A stretch of DNA of 64,000 nucleotides from an uncultured Candidatus Rokubacteria bacterium (lineage in GTDB: Bacteria; Methylomirabilota; Methylomirabilia; Rokubacteriales; CSP1-6), in NCBI GenBank assembly GCA_963771355.1, contig CAVYTA010000006.1, positions 1,984,001 to 2,048,000 on the forward strand. The letters are read 5' to 3'. A program made the translations under genes and the position numbers. Numbering within the stretch: position 1 is the stretch's first letter; the number at the start of each line of letters is the position of its first letter. The notes under the pieces are model-generated. The model saw only the letters and a program-made list of their open reading frames with translations, had not been told where the DNA came from and made no database searches. This document shows positions 10,193 to 19,550 of this stretch, in pieces.

Positions 10193-11136
10193 GAGCGAAG
10201 ACCCAGGCGGCCGCGCATCGTCCCCACGATCCCACCCGGAGCGAAGAGCACGAGGAGCACGAAGGTGAGTCCGAGAATGAGCATCCAGCGCTCGGTGTAC
10301 GAGGAGACCAGGCTCTGGAGGAGGATGAAGGTGGCCGCCCCCAGAAACGCGCCGCCGAGGGTGCCGGTGCCGCCGATGATGACCATGAGGAGCGCCTCGC
10401 CCGAGGTGGTCCAGAAGAAGGCGTCCGGGGAAACGGAGCCCTGGAACTGCGCGTAGAGCGAGCCCGCGATCCCCGCCACCGTCCCCGCGAGCACGAAGGC
10501 CAGCAGCTTGTAGCGGTTCACGGGGTAGCCCACCGCCTGCATGCGCGCCTCGTTCTCGTGGATCCCGCGCAGCACGTGACCGAACGGCGATCGGGCCACC
10601 CGCCACAGGAAGAGGGCGGCGAAGGCGACGAGGACGAGCAGGTAGGCGTGGAAGCGCGCGGGGCTCCCGATGTCCAGTCCGAGCACGGGAGGGCGCGGGA
10701 CGCCGGTGATCCCGTCCTCGGCCCCGAGAAAGGCGTTCTGGAACGCCACTGCGTAGAACATCTGCGAAAACGCCAGCGTGAGCATGATGAAGTAGACGCC
10801 GCTCACGCGGATGGAGAAGTAGCCGATGACCAGCGCGCCCAGCGCCGCCGCCGCCGCGGGAAGCACGAGCGCGGCGAGGAGACCGGGAGCCTTGGTGAGG
10901 GCGAGCGCCGCCGTATAGGCTCCGATGCCGAAGAACGCGGAGTGCCCGAAGGAGACCATGCCCGCATGGCCCATCAGGAGATCGAGGCTCATGGCGAAGA
11001 TCCCCCAGATGAGGATCTCCTGCAGCAGCTTGACCGGATAGTTGCCCGCGACGAGCGGCACGATCGCCAGCGCCGCCACGAGGGCGGCGAGCCCGAGCGC
11101 ACGCGCGAGCGTGCGCCCATGCGCACGGTCGATCAT
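10189..11136 (-). CDS. HAAT-family ABC permease (LivM-like)
   Basis: SFGHSAFFGIGAY, GVYFIMLTLAF, IIGGTGT. Confidence 0.92.
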   Translation of the reverse strand: MIDRAHGRTLARALGLAALVAALAIVPLVAGNYPVKLLQEILIWGIFAMSLDLLMGHAGMVSFGHSAFFGIGAYTAALALTKAPGLLAALVLPAAAAALGALVIGYFSIRVSGVYFIMLTLAFSQMFYAVAFQNAFLGAEDGITGVPRPPVLGLDIGSPARFHAYLLVLVAFAALFLWRVARSPFGHVLRGIHENEARMQAVGYPVNRYKLLAFVLAGTVAGIAGSLYAQFQGSVSPDAFFWTTSGEALLMVIIGGTGTLGGAFLGAATFILLQSLVSSYTERWMLILGLTFVLLVLFAPGGIVGTMRGRLGLRS

Positions 11137-11999
11137 CGGAGCGCCCGGCCGAACAGCCCTTGTGGCCGGAACAGGAGGATGAGGGCCATGACGGCGTAGA
11201 TCATCAACATCGAAGCGCCCGGCAGCCATACCTTCCCGAAGGTCTCGGCCTGTCCGATGATGAGGCTTCCCGCGAGCGACCCCTTCAGGCTGCCGAGCCC
11301 CCCGACCGCGACCACGATGAGCGCGGGAATCAGGATGGAGGCGCCCATGGGCGGGAAGGCTGACTGGATGGGGCCGGCGATCACGCCGGACAGGCCGGCC
11401 AGCGCGGTGCCGAAGGCGAAGACGAGGGTGAACACGCGCTGGATATTGATCCCCATGCCCGCCGCCATCTCGGCGTCGTAGACCCCTGCTCGGATGATGG
11501 CGCCCAGCCGCGTCCGCTCGATGATGAGCCAGAGCCCCACCGCCATGACCAGTCCGAACACGATGACGAAGAGACGGTAAGACGGAATGGTCGCCCCCCA
11601 CACCTGCACCGAGCCCGAGAAGAGGTCGGGCGTCGGGATCGATCGGATGCGCCCGCCCCAGATCCACTTCACGAGGTCCTCGAACACGTAGATGAGACCG
11701 AAGGTCAGCAGCACCTGGTCGAGGGGGCCGCGGCGATAGAGAGGCCGCAGGCATGTTCGCTCGATTGCCGCACCCACGACGCCGACCAGGACGGGGGCCA
11801 GAGCCAGGGCCAGCCAGAAGTTACCGGTGGCCGCAATGAGCGTGAGCCCGGCATAGGCCCCCAGCATGTAGAAGGAGCCATGGGCGAGGTTGACCACGTC
11901 CAGCATGCCGAAGATGAGGGTGAGGCCCACGGAGAGGAGGAAGAGGAGCACCCCGTAGGAGAGGCCGTTCAGCGCCTGAGCGAAGAGGTCAGCGGGCAC
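11133..11999 (-). CDS. HAAT-family ABC permease (LivH-like)
   Basis: GLTLIFGMLDVVNLAHG, VGGLGS; start approximate (GTG 11999 or 12005). Confidence 0.9.
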   Translation of the reverse strand: MPADLFAQALNGLSYGVLLFLLSVGLTLIFGMLDVVNLAHGSFYMLGAYAGLTLIAATGNFWLALALAPVLVGVVGAAIERTCLRPLYRRGPLDQVLLTFGLIYVFEDLVKWIWGGRIRSIPTPDLFSGSVQVWGATIPSYRLFVIVFGLVMAVGLWLIIERTRLGAIIRAGVYDAEMAAGMGINIQRVFTLVFAFGTALAGLSGVIAGPIQSAFPPMGASILIPALIVVAVGGLGSLKGSLAGSLIIGQAETFGKVWLPGASMLMIYAVMALILLFRPQGLFGRALR

Positions 12000-12028
12000 G
12001 GGCACGCGCACGCGTGTCGAACACGGGA

Positions 12029-12101
12029 CGGCCGGGGCGGGGGGGCGCACTCACTTGTTCGATACAGCACTCACCGTGAGCGCGCCCCCCCGCCCCGGCC
12101 G
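12029..12101 (-). repeat. Long intercistronic hairpin between binding-protein gene and first permease
   Basis: 26-nt arms 12029-12054 and 12076-12101, 25/26 Watson-Crick, the remaining pair is G-U in the minus-strand RNA. Confidence 0.8.
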
Positions 12102-12160
12102 CCTCCTGCTCGCTACCCCTCACCGGGAAATGCCCCGCCGGGACGGCCGTCGCGCCAGCT

Positions 12161-13375
12161 CTACGCCGGCAGCGTACAGCCCGTGCCCGGATCCCGCACG
12201 TCGGCGACCTTGTCGATGGGGACGTTGTTGAGGCCGCCGTACACCTCGCGGACCTCGCGGACGTAGATGAAGGGCTGGATCACGTTGTGGGTCTTGGGGT
12301 CGAAGCGGAAGCGGCCGCGCGGGCTGTCGAACTCCACCTTCTCGATGGCGGCGACCAGCTTGTCCTTGTCCTGGGTGTCCCCGTTGACCGCCTTGAGCGC
12401 CCGCAGGATGACCTCGGCCGTGTCGAAGCCCTGGCAGGCGAAGCCGTCCGGCATCTTGCCGAAATACTTATCGCGGAAATCCTTCACGAAACGATGGTTC
12501 ACCGCGTTGTCGAGCAGCGGCGTGTAGAAATGCCCGGTGATGACGCCCAGCGCGGAGGTGCCCTGCGCGGGGAGCACGTCGGGCTCGGTGAGGAAGCCCG
12601 CGCCCGTGAGCTTGATGGACTGCTTGAGCCCGAAGCTGGCGAACTGCTTCACGAAGTTCACCGCGTCAGTCCCCGAGAAGAAGGCGAACACCGCCTTGGC
12701 CCCCGACTGCTTGATCTTGGTGAGGTAGGGCGCGTAATCGGTCTCGCCGAGCTTCGGGTAATCCTCATCGACCACCTTGCCGCCGGCGGGGACGAAGGTC
12801 TCCTTGAAGGCGTTCATCATGTCCTTGCCCGCCTGGTAGTTGGGCGCGGTGAGGAACACGTCCTTGGACACGTTCTTGGCCACCCAGCCGCCCATGGGCT
12901 GGCAGGGCTGCCAGTTCGAAAAGGAGGTGCGGAAGATCCACTTCGAGCAGCGCTCACGCGAGATCGCGTCGGCGCCGGCATTCGACACGATGAGAATCGT
13001 CTTGGAGTTGTGCACCTTGTCCCGCATGCCCATGAGGATGCCCGAGTGCACGGGCCCGGTGAGGATGTCCACCTTGTCGGAGTCGATGAGCTTCTCCGTC
13101 TTGCGGATGCCCACCGGCGGCTTCATCTCGTCGTCTTCCTTCACCATCTCGATCTTGCGGCCGGCCACCGTCCAGTTCTCGCGGGCGAAGACCATCTCCA
13201 TCGCCTGCGTGATGCTCTCCCCGAGCACCGCGTACACGCCCGTGTACGGCAGGACCACGCCGATCTTGATGGGCGCGCCCTGAGCATGCGCCCGGAGCAC
13301 CCACGGGCCCACCGCCGTGCCCGCCGCGACCGCCGAGGCTCCGCCGAGGAATTTCCTGCGCGTCAGTTGCGCCAT
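12161..13375 (-). CDS. ABC substrate-binding protein, type I (aromatic acid/branched-chain family), Tat signal
   Basis: TRRKFL, KIGVVLPYTG, GPVHSG, FRTSFSNWQ; AGGAGGA RBS before ATG 13375. Confidence 0.9.
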   Translation of the reverse strand: MAQLTRRKFLGGASAVAAGTAVGPWVLRAHAQGAPIKIGVVLPYTGVYAVLGESITQAMEMVFARENWTVAGRKIEMVKEDDEMKPPVGIRKTEKLIDSDKVDILTGPVHSGILMGMRDKVHNSKTILIVSNAGADAISRERCSKWIFRTSFSNWQPCQPMGGWVAKNVSKDVFLTAPNYQAGKDMMNAFKETFVPAGGKVVDEDYPKLGETDYAPYLTKIKQSGAKAVFAFFSGTDAVNFVKQFASFGLKQSIKLTGAGFLTEPDVLPAQGTSALGVITGHFYTPLLDNAVNHRFVKDFRDKYFGKMPDGFACQGFDTAEVILRALKAVNGDTQDKDKLVAAIEKVEFDSPRGRFRFDPKTHNVIQPFIYVREVREVYGGLNNVPIDKVADVRDPGTGCTLPA

Positions 13376-13484
13376 TGCTCCTGTCCTCCTGATGGCCGTG
13401 CCGTGAGGGATTGATAAGTTCTCCGGATGGTACACCAAGACAAACCGGCGACCTAGGCGACCGGTTCGGCGACCCCTTCGGATC

Positions 13485-14327
13485 CTAGGAGGCGGCCAGC
13501 AGCGAGATCACGTAGTTCCCGGACCCCGACGAGGGGCCATAGGCGTGCAGCCGGGCGGCATACCGTTCGCCTGACTCCACCAATGCTCCCAGCATCATGG
13601 CCAGGTGCCGGCCCCCCATCTCCGCCTCGACCGTCCGCACATAGCCGGGGAGCCAGCGCCAGAGCGCCTCGTAGTCCCCGGCCGCCAGCCGCCGGGCGAA
13701 CTCGTGGTCGAGGGCCTGGTCCTCGGGGAGCGGCGCCCGCTCGGGGCCGCGCACCAGCTTGTGCGAGACGCTGCCGCTGGCGACCAGACCCACGCGCCGG
13801 TCTCCCTCGCGGGCGACCTGGGCCAGGTAGCGGCCCCACGCGAAGCACTCGTCGAGATCGTTCGAGAGGCAGACCGAGATGGGGACAAGGGGCAGCCGCT
13901 GGGCGCGGTCCAGATAGCACACCATCGGCATCACGGTGCCGTAGTCGAGCGGATAGTGCACGTCGTTGGCGAGGACGGCCAGGTGGTCCTTGGACTTGCC
14001 GCGCGCGACGAGGGCGGCGGCGAGAGCATAGTCGCCGGGATAGTCGTACGCCACGCCGTGGATGATCTCGGGCGCCTCCTGGGCGGTCAGCACGCCCTGG
14101 TGCCGCGGGGTGCCGTCGACCACGGTGGGAAAGGTCGAGATCAGGTGGCAGGAGTTGATCGCCATCACATCCAGGCGCGCCTCCGCCACGTCCCCGCCCT
14201 GGGCCACCAGTCCGTCGCGCACGGGCCGGAACACCTCGGAGGCGAGCTTGCCCTCGAAGGCGGCCTCGAGCGTGCAGTAGCGCGGCGTGTGCACCGACAA
14301 GAACACTCCCGCCAGGCTTCCCATCAC
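13485..14327 (-). CDS. LigB/HpaD-type (class III) extradiol ring-cleavage dioxygenase family protein
   Basis: VHTP, NSCH, LDYGTVMP, ASGSVSH, C-terminal SSGSG pattern. Confidence 0.75.
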   Translation of the reverse strand: MMGSLAGVFLSVHTPRYCTLEAAFEGKLASEVFRPVRDGLVAQGGDVAEARLDVMAINSCHLISTFPTVVDGTPRHQGVLTAQEAPEIIHGVAYDYPGDYALAAALVARGKSKDHLAVLANDVHYPLDYGTVMPMVCYLDRAQRLPLVPISVCLSNDLDECFAWGRYLAQVAREGDRRVGLVASGSVSHKLVRGPERAPLPEDQALDHEFARRLAAGDYEALWRWLPGYVRTVEAEMGGRHLAMMLGALVESGERYAARLHAYGPSSGSGNYVISLLAAS

Positions 14328-14334
14328 CTGCCTC

Positions 14335-14745
14335 CTAGCCGAGCCACGCCACCGCGTCGATCTCGACGTTCACGCCGGCGCGGGGCGGGGCGGCCTCGAC
14401 GGTGGTGCGGGCCGGCTGCACGCCCGCGAAGTAGTCCTTGAACACCCGGTTGAAGACGGCGAAGTCCTTCATGTCGCGCAGGTAGACGCCCACCCGCACC
14501 ACGTTGGCGATGCCGGTGCCGCCTGCCTCCAGCACCGCCTTCACGTTGTCGAGCGTCACGCGCGTCTGCTCGGCGATGTCGGGAGAGACGATCTGCTTGG
14601 TGGCGGGATCCAGCGGCCCCTGGCCCGACACGAAGAGGAAGCCGCCGCACTTCACCCCCTGGGCGATGGGCGACTCGGTGCCCTCGGAGAAGCCGGTCTT
14701 TGGCGCGGACGTGGTGAACACGACTTCGGGCGACTTCATGGACAT
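14335..14745 (-). CDS. RidA/YjgF family imine deaminase
   Basis: LFVSGQGP, FNRVFKDYF, PARTT, VEIDAVA; GGGAGG RBS. Confidence 0.92.
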   Translation of the reverse strand: MSMKSPEVVFTTSAPKTGFSEGTESPIAQGVKCGGFLFVSGQGPLDPATKQIVSPDIAEQTRVTLDNVKAVLEAGGTGIANVVRVGVYLRDMKDFAVFNRVFKDYFAGVQPARTTVEAAPPRAGVNVEIDAVAWLG

Positions 14746-16274
14746 TGACCTCCCTCTCGTGGATGAGACGCGGTGAGGTGATCGCGCAGCCGGTGCCGCT
14801 GGAGCTTGCCCGTGGCCGTGCGCGGCAGCGCGGGCACCACGATGATCTCGCGGGGACGCGCATGCGCGGGCGCCTCGCGCGCCAGCCGCTCGCGCAGCTC
14901 GGCCGCCAGCGCGGCGGCATCCGCCCCCGCCGCGCGCGGCACCACGAAGAGATACGGCTTCACCAGCCCCGACTCCTCCTCCGCCCCCACCAGCCCCGCC
15001 TCGAGCACGGCGGGATGCCGGAGGGCGACGGCCTCCACATCCGCCGGCACCACCCATTGGCCCGCCACCTTGAAGAGGTCGTCCTGGCGGCCGCAGTGGA
15101 TCCAGTGCCCGTCGGCGTCCACGTAGTATACGTCGCCGGTGCGGAACCACTCCCCGTCGAAGGCCCGGCCGGTGGCCTCCGGTCGCTGCCAGTAGCCCCT
15201 GGCCAGAGACGGCGTCCGCACCCAGAGGACGCCCTGAGCCCCGCGCGGCACCAGCCCTCTCTCGGCGTCCAGGAGGCGGGCCTCGGTACCGGGCACCGGC
15301 GTCCCCGTGGATCCCTCGCGACTCTGGCCGGGACGGCTCGAGAGCATCATGAAGATGGTCTCGGTGGCCCCGATCCCGTCGAGAATCTCCACGCCGAAGC
15401 GCGCCCGCCATGCGCGGTAGACCTCGGCGGGCAACCGCTCGCCCGCGGAGACGCAGGCGCGCGCCGAGGCGAAGGTGTCGGCGGGCAAATCGGCGGCGAG
15501 GAGGCGCGCGTACACCGTCGGCACCGAAAAGAAGAGCGTGGGCCGGAACTCCCGCGCCACCGCCCGCACTGTCTCCGCGTCGGCCCAGCCCGGATGCAGA
15601 TAGCTCTCCCCGCGTGCGAAGAGCGGGACGAGGAGCGCATTGCCGAGGGCGTAGGCGAAGAAGAGCTTCGAGGTGACGAAGACGCGATCCTCCGCGCCGG
15701 CGCCGAGCACCTCGCCGCCATAGTGCCGGCAGGCGAGAAGATTGCGATGGAGGTGCATGGCGGCCTTGGGCGAGCCGGTGGTGCCCGAGGTGTAGAGCCA
15801 GAAGGCCATGGCGTCCGGGCCCACCGGAACCGGCGCGAAGCGGGTGCCGGTCGGGGTCAGCAGCGCCTCCGGATCGAGCACGGTGGGAAGGCCCGCGCGT
15901 GCGGCCGCCTCGCGCGCGGGCGCCGCCAGCGCGGGATCGGCGACGAGGACCGCGGCGCCGCAGTCGGTCAGCACCGCGGCGAGATCGGCCGCGGCGAGCC
16001 GAGTATTCAGCGGGACCGCCACCGCCCCGGCGCGGAGGGTGCCGAAGAAGAGGGCGGCCCAGAGGAGACCATCCGGGAGCAGAAGGGCCACCCGATCGCC
16101 CGGCGTCACCCCGCGGGCCCGCAGTCCGGCCCCCGCGCGCTCGACCAGAGCGAGAAGCTCGGCGTAGCTCGCCGCCCCCGCGGGCGTCACCAGCGCGCGG
16201 CACGCGCCCCGCCCTTCCTCCACCGCGGCGTCGAGGAACGCGACGGTCGCGTTGGGGACCGCCGCCGGCGTCAC
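14736..16274 (-). CDS. Benzoate-CoA ligase family aryl/acyl-CoA ligase
   Basis: YTSGTTGSPK, KLFFAYALGN, SAGERLP, DGIGATE, KVAGQWV, TATGKLQR. Confidence 0.9.
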   Translation of the reverse strand: MTPAAVPNATVAFLDAAVEEGRGACRALVTPAGAASYAELLALVERAGAGLRARGVTPGDRVALLLPDGLLWAALFFGTLRAGAVAVPLNTRLAAADLAAVLTDCGAAVLVADPALAAPAREAAARAGLPTVLDPEALLTPTGTRFAPVPVGPDAMAFWLYTSGTTGSPKAAMHLHRNLLACRHYGGEVLGAGAEDRVFVTSKLFFAYALGNALLVPLFARGESYLHPGWADAETVRAVAREFRPTLFFSVPTVYARLLAADLPADTFASARACVSAGERLPAEVYRAWRARFGVEILDGIGATETIFMMLSSRPGQSREGSTGTPVPGTEARLLDAERGLVPRGAQGVLWVRTPSLARGYWQRPEATGRAFDGEWFRTGDVYYVDADGHWIHCGRQDDLFKVAGQWVVPADVEAVALRHPAVLEAGLVGAEEESGLVKPYLFVVPRAAGADAAALAAELRERLAREAPAHARPREIIVVPALPRTATGKLQRHRLRDHLTASHPREGGQCP

Positions 16275-17080
16275 TCGCGATCCGTGGGCGCGCCGCGCGG
16301 GCGCCGGACGCGAACGCCCTTGTCCACCAGGCGGTCGCCGATGCCGTGGAACTTGTGGCGACCGTCCGCGTGGAACTGCCACAGAGCCTCGAGGCTGGGA
16401 AAGCCGGCGAGGTAGCGAAGGCCCGACTCGCCGGGCTCGGCCATGGGCATCTGGTCCGCCTCGTAGCGCGCGACGCCCGCCTCGGGCTCGATCCAGAGGC
16501 CCTCGGAGGTCTCTTCCGTGAACAGCCGCGGGCTCTGGCCGGGCGGCACCGGGGCGAGGAAGAAGCGCGCGGTGAACCGGATGGGACCGCCCGCCGGCGT
16601 GATGAAGTGGGAGAGATAGCGGAGCGGCGCCACGTCGAGGTACCAGTCCTCGGCGGCGAGGAGATCCCCCAGCCGCGCGGACTCCGTCATCAGCGCGTGC
16701 CGCATGCGGTCCACCAGGGCGGCCACCGCGGCCTCGCCCGCCGGGATGGGACGACCCGCGCGGTCGGAGACGAGGAGCAGCCCCGTCTCCTCGAGCAGCT
16801 CGCGCAGGGCGGTGACCCAGAAGGCCAGCGCGGGGACCCCGTCGTGGCCGGGCAGGATACGTGCCGCGTCCTCCGGCGAGAGCCCGCGGCAGCGGGCGAG
16901 GAGCGCGGGATCGCCATCGGCTGCGTCCACCTTGCCGCCGGGAAACGCGTAGAAGCCGCCGAGAAAGCGCATGCTCTTCTGTCGCCGGATCATGTAGACC
17001 TCGATCGGCGTGCGCACGCCCGGCCGTACGAGGAGCACGGAGGCCGCCGGCCTGGGGATGACCGGCCCCTCCGTGGTCAA
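16271..17080 (-). CDS. Nudix hydrolase (NUDT19-like)
   Basis: FPGGKVD with long insert then ALRELLEETG; HFITP, RFTARFF. Confidence 0.88.
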   Translation of the reverse strand: MTTEGPVIPRPAASVLLVRPGVRTPIEVYMIRRQKSMRFLGGFYAFPGGKVDAADGDPALLARCRGLSPEDAARILPGHDGVPALAFWVTALRELLEETGLLLVSDRAGRPIPAGEAAVAALVDRMRHALMTESARLGDLLAAEDWYLDVAPLRYLSHFITPAGGPIRFTARFFLAPVPPGQSPRLFTEETSEGLWIEPEAGVARYEADQMPMAEPGESGLRYLAGFPSLEALWQFHADGRHKFHGIGDRLVDKGVRVRRPRGAPTDRE

Positions 17081-18399
17081 GCGGACGAGGCCTCGGGCCG
17101 CGGCCCGCCCGCGAGCTGCTCGAGGAGGGCGTCGGCGGAGATGGGCTTGGCCAGCACCTGGTCCACGTACTTGCTCGCCTCGGTGGCGGTGACCCCCTCC
17201 CCCCAGCCGGTGAGGAGGAAGACGCGCGTCTCCGGCGCGCGGGTCTTCACGTGCTCGGCGACCTGCCAGCCATTGACCTTGGGCATGCCGAGATCGGTGA
17301 TGACCACGTCGTGGAGGACCGGATCGAAGGTCGCGATGGCCTCCTCGCCGTTGACGGCGGTGGTGACCTGATGACCCCCCGAGCGCAGCATGTCCGACAG
17401 CACGAGGAGGAGCCGCTGGTCGTCGTCCACCAGGAGGACGCGCGCCGCCCGTTCCGGATGGACGGGCTCGGCGGTCTCCTCCGAGGGCGGGATGATCTGG
17501 AACCGGCTCGCGTGCAGCCGCAGCCGCACCGTGGTGCCCTTGCCCTCGCGGCTCTCGATCCGGAGGCTGCCCCCGTGGCGCTCCACGATATCGGCCACCT
17601 CGCGGAGCCCCCGCCCGGACCGGCGTGGTGAGCCTGGGGCCAGGGTCCGGCGCAACTCCTCCGGCATGCCGACGCCGTTGTCCGACACCTCGAGGCTCAC
17701 CCAGCCCGACTCCTCGGTGGCGGCCCGGATCACGAGGGTGCCGCCCTGGGGCATGGCAGTGACCGCGTTGAGGATGAGGTGGACGAGGGCGTCGCGCAGC
17801 TCGAAGGCATTGCCCTCCACCGGGGGGATGGCCCCGAGCTCCCGGGTGACGTTGATCACCACCGCGCGGCGCTGCGCGTCGTCGCGCCAGCGCGGCGCCG
17901 TCATCTCCAGGGCTTCGGCCACCACCGCGGGCAGCCCCACCGGACCGAAGCCCACGTGCGGCTCGCGGGAGACGAACTCCTGGAAGCGCCGCACCGAGAC
18001 GGAGGCTTCCATGGCCACGTCGCGGATGACCTTGAGCCGCCGCTGCGCGGTGTCGCTCTGCTCCTCCTTCAGCAGCAGCTCGGTATAGGCGAGGATGGCG
18101 GCGAGCGAATTGTTGAAGTTGTGGGTGAGCCCACCCACCGTCTCGCCGAGCGTGCGGAGGTCCACCGACCGTCCGATCCCGCCGGGCGAATCCTCGAGGC
18201 GCCGGCTCAGGTCGCGGGCCCAGGAGCGCAGGGTGAGGAGGGAGCGGTCCAGCTCCACCTTGGAGCGCGCGAGGTGGCGCGCGATGTCGCGGATCTCCTC
18301 GTGATCAGCGAAGAGGAGCGGATGGTCGGGGGCCGGCGGCTCGGAAGCGCCGCCGCCGCCGACCCAGCGCGCGACCGTACGCCGGACGCCCTCGAGCAT
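17077..18399 (-). CDS. Cytoplasmic hybrid histidine kinase-receiver protein
   Basis: H-box THNFNNSL, LILNA, DNGVGM, GKGT; receiver VDDD, TDLGMP, LTGW, KP. Confidence 0.85.
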   Translation of the reverse strand: MLEGVRRTVARWVGGGGASEPPAPDHPLLFADHEEIRDIARHLARSKVELDRSLLTLRSWARDLSRRLEDSPGGIGRSVDLRTLGETVGGLTHNFNNSLAAILAYTELLLKEEQSDTAQRRLKVIRDVAMEASVSVRRFQEFVSREPHVGFGPVGLPAVVAEALEMTAPRWRDDAQRRAVVINVTRELGAIPPVEGNAFELRDALVHLILNAVTAMPQGGTLVIRAATEESGWVSLEVSDNGVGMPEELRRTLAPGSPRRSGRGLREVADIVERHGGSLRIESREGKGTTVRLRLHASRFQIIPPSEETAEPVHPERAARVLLVDDDQRLLLVLSDMLRSGGHQVTTAVNGEEAIATFDPVLHDVVITDLGMPKVNGWQVAEHVKTRAPETRVFLLTGWGEGVTATEASKYVDQVLAKPISADALLEQLAGGPRPEASSA

Positions 18400-18406
18400 G
18401 TCGCGG

Positions 18407-19546
18407 TTAGAGGTTCACCAGCTGCGCGACGCGTTCGCGGTGATACGTGGCATCGCCAAAGGTGAACTCCGAGCCCTTGGCGCGCTTGAAGTAGAGGTGA
18501 AGATCGTGCTCCCAGGTGAAGCCGATGCCGCCGTGCAGCTGGATGCCCGCGGCCGAAACGCGGCGGTAGGCGTCGGAGACATAGGCCTTGGCCATGCTCA
18601 CTGCCAGCGGCCCCTCGGGGGAGCGTTCGTCCATGGCCCAGGCGGCATAGTACGTGATGGACTTGCTGTTCTCCACTTCCACCAGCATGTCGGCGGCCTT
18701 GTGCTTGACCCCCTGGTAGGAGCCGATGGGCTTGCCGAAGGCCTGGCGGATCTTCGCGTACTCGACCGTCATGTCGAGCACCTTCTGCGCGCCGCCGCAC
18801 ATCTCCGCGCAGAGCGCCACGCAGGCGCGGTCCAGCACGCGCGCAAGCGGCGCCCAGCCTCGGCCCGCCTCCCCCATGAGCGCGTCCGCGCCGAGCGTGA
18901 CCCCGGCCAGCGTCACCTCGCAGAGCTTGCGGGTCTGGTCCATGGTGGGCAGGAGCTTGACCTCGAGGCCCGGCGTCGTCCGGGGGACGAGGAAGAGGCT
19001 CACGCCATCCTCCGGCGACGGGCCCGAGCCCGTGCGCGCCGCCACCACGATGGCGTCGGCGGTGTGGGCGTCGGGCACGAAGAGCTTGGTGCCGGCCAGC
19101 GTGTGGCGGCCGCCGGCCGACTTGGCCTCCAGCGTGATCCCGGCGGCGCCGAGTGTCGCGGACGGCTCCATCCAGGCGAGCGTCACGCGCTGGTCGCCGC
19201 TCGCCAGCTCGGGGAGCCACGTCTTCTTCTGTGCCTCGGTGCCCGCCTCGAGGAGGGCGAGGCCGCCCAGGAGCACGGTGGAGAAGTACGGGCCCGGCAT
19301 CACCGCGCGGCCCATCTCCTCCATGAGCACGGTGAGATCCACGAAGCCCAGCCCCATGCCGCCGTAGGCCTCGGGATAGATCAGGCCCAGCCACCCCTGC
19401 TCGGCGATCTTCTTCCAGAGCTCCGGCGTCATCCCCTCCGCGCCGTCCATGAGCCGGCGCACCACCTCGGAGGAGCACTCGTTGTCGAAGAACTTGCGGG
19501 CGGTGCTCCGGAGCAGCTCCTGCTCGTCGTTGAAGCCGAAGTTCAT
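18407..19546 (-). CDS. Acyl-CoA dehydrogenase, partner subunit type
   Basis: MNFGFNDEQ, RQAFGKPIGSYQGVKH, QLHGGIGFTWEHD. Confidence 0.93.
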   Translation of the reverse strand: MNFGFNDEQELLRSTARKFFDNECSSEVVRRLMDGAEGMTPELWKKIAEQGWLGLIYPEAYGGMGLGFVDLTVLMEEMGRAVMPGPYFSTVLLGGLALLEAGTEAQKKTWLPELASGDQRVTLAWMEPSATLGAAGITLEAKSAGGRHTLAGTKLFVPDAHTADAIVVAARTGSGPSPEDGVSLFLVPRTTPGLEVKLLPTMDQTRKLCEVTLAGVTLGADALMGEAGRGWAPLARVLDRACVALCAEMCGGAQKVLDMTVEYAKIRQAFGKPIGSYQGVKHKAADMLVEVENSKSITYYAAWAMDERSPEGPLAVSMAKAYVSDAYRRVSAAGIQLHGGIGFTWEHDLHLYFKRAKGSEFTFGDATYHRERVAQLVNL

Positions 19547-19550
19547 GGGG

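Noticed and set aside
12066..12084. CAGCACTC-ACCGT-GAGCGC resembling a CIRCE element
   Set aside because: Spacer is 5 rather than 9 nt, arms are incomplete, and it lies in an ABC operon hairpin, not a heat-shock promoter
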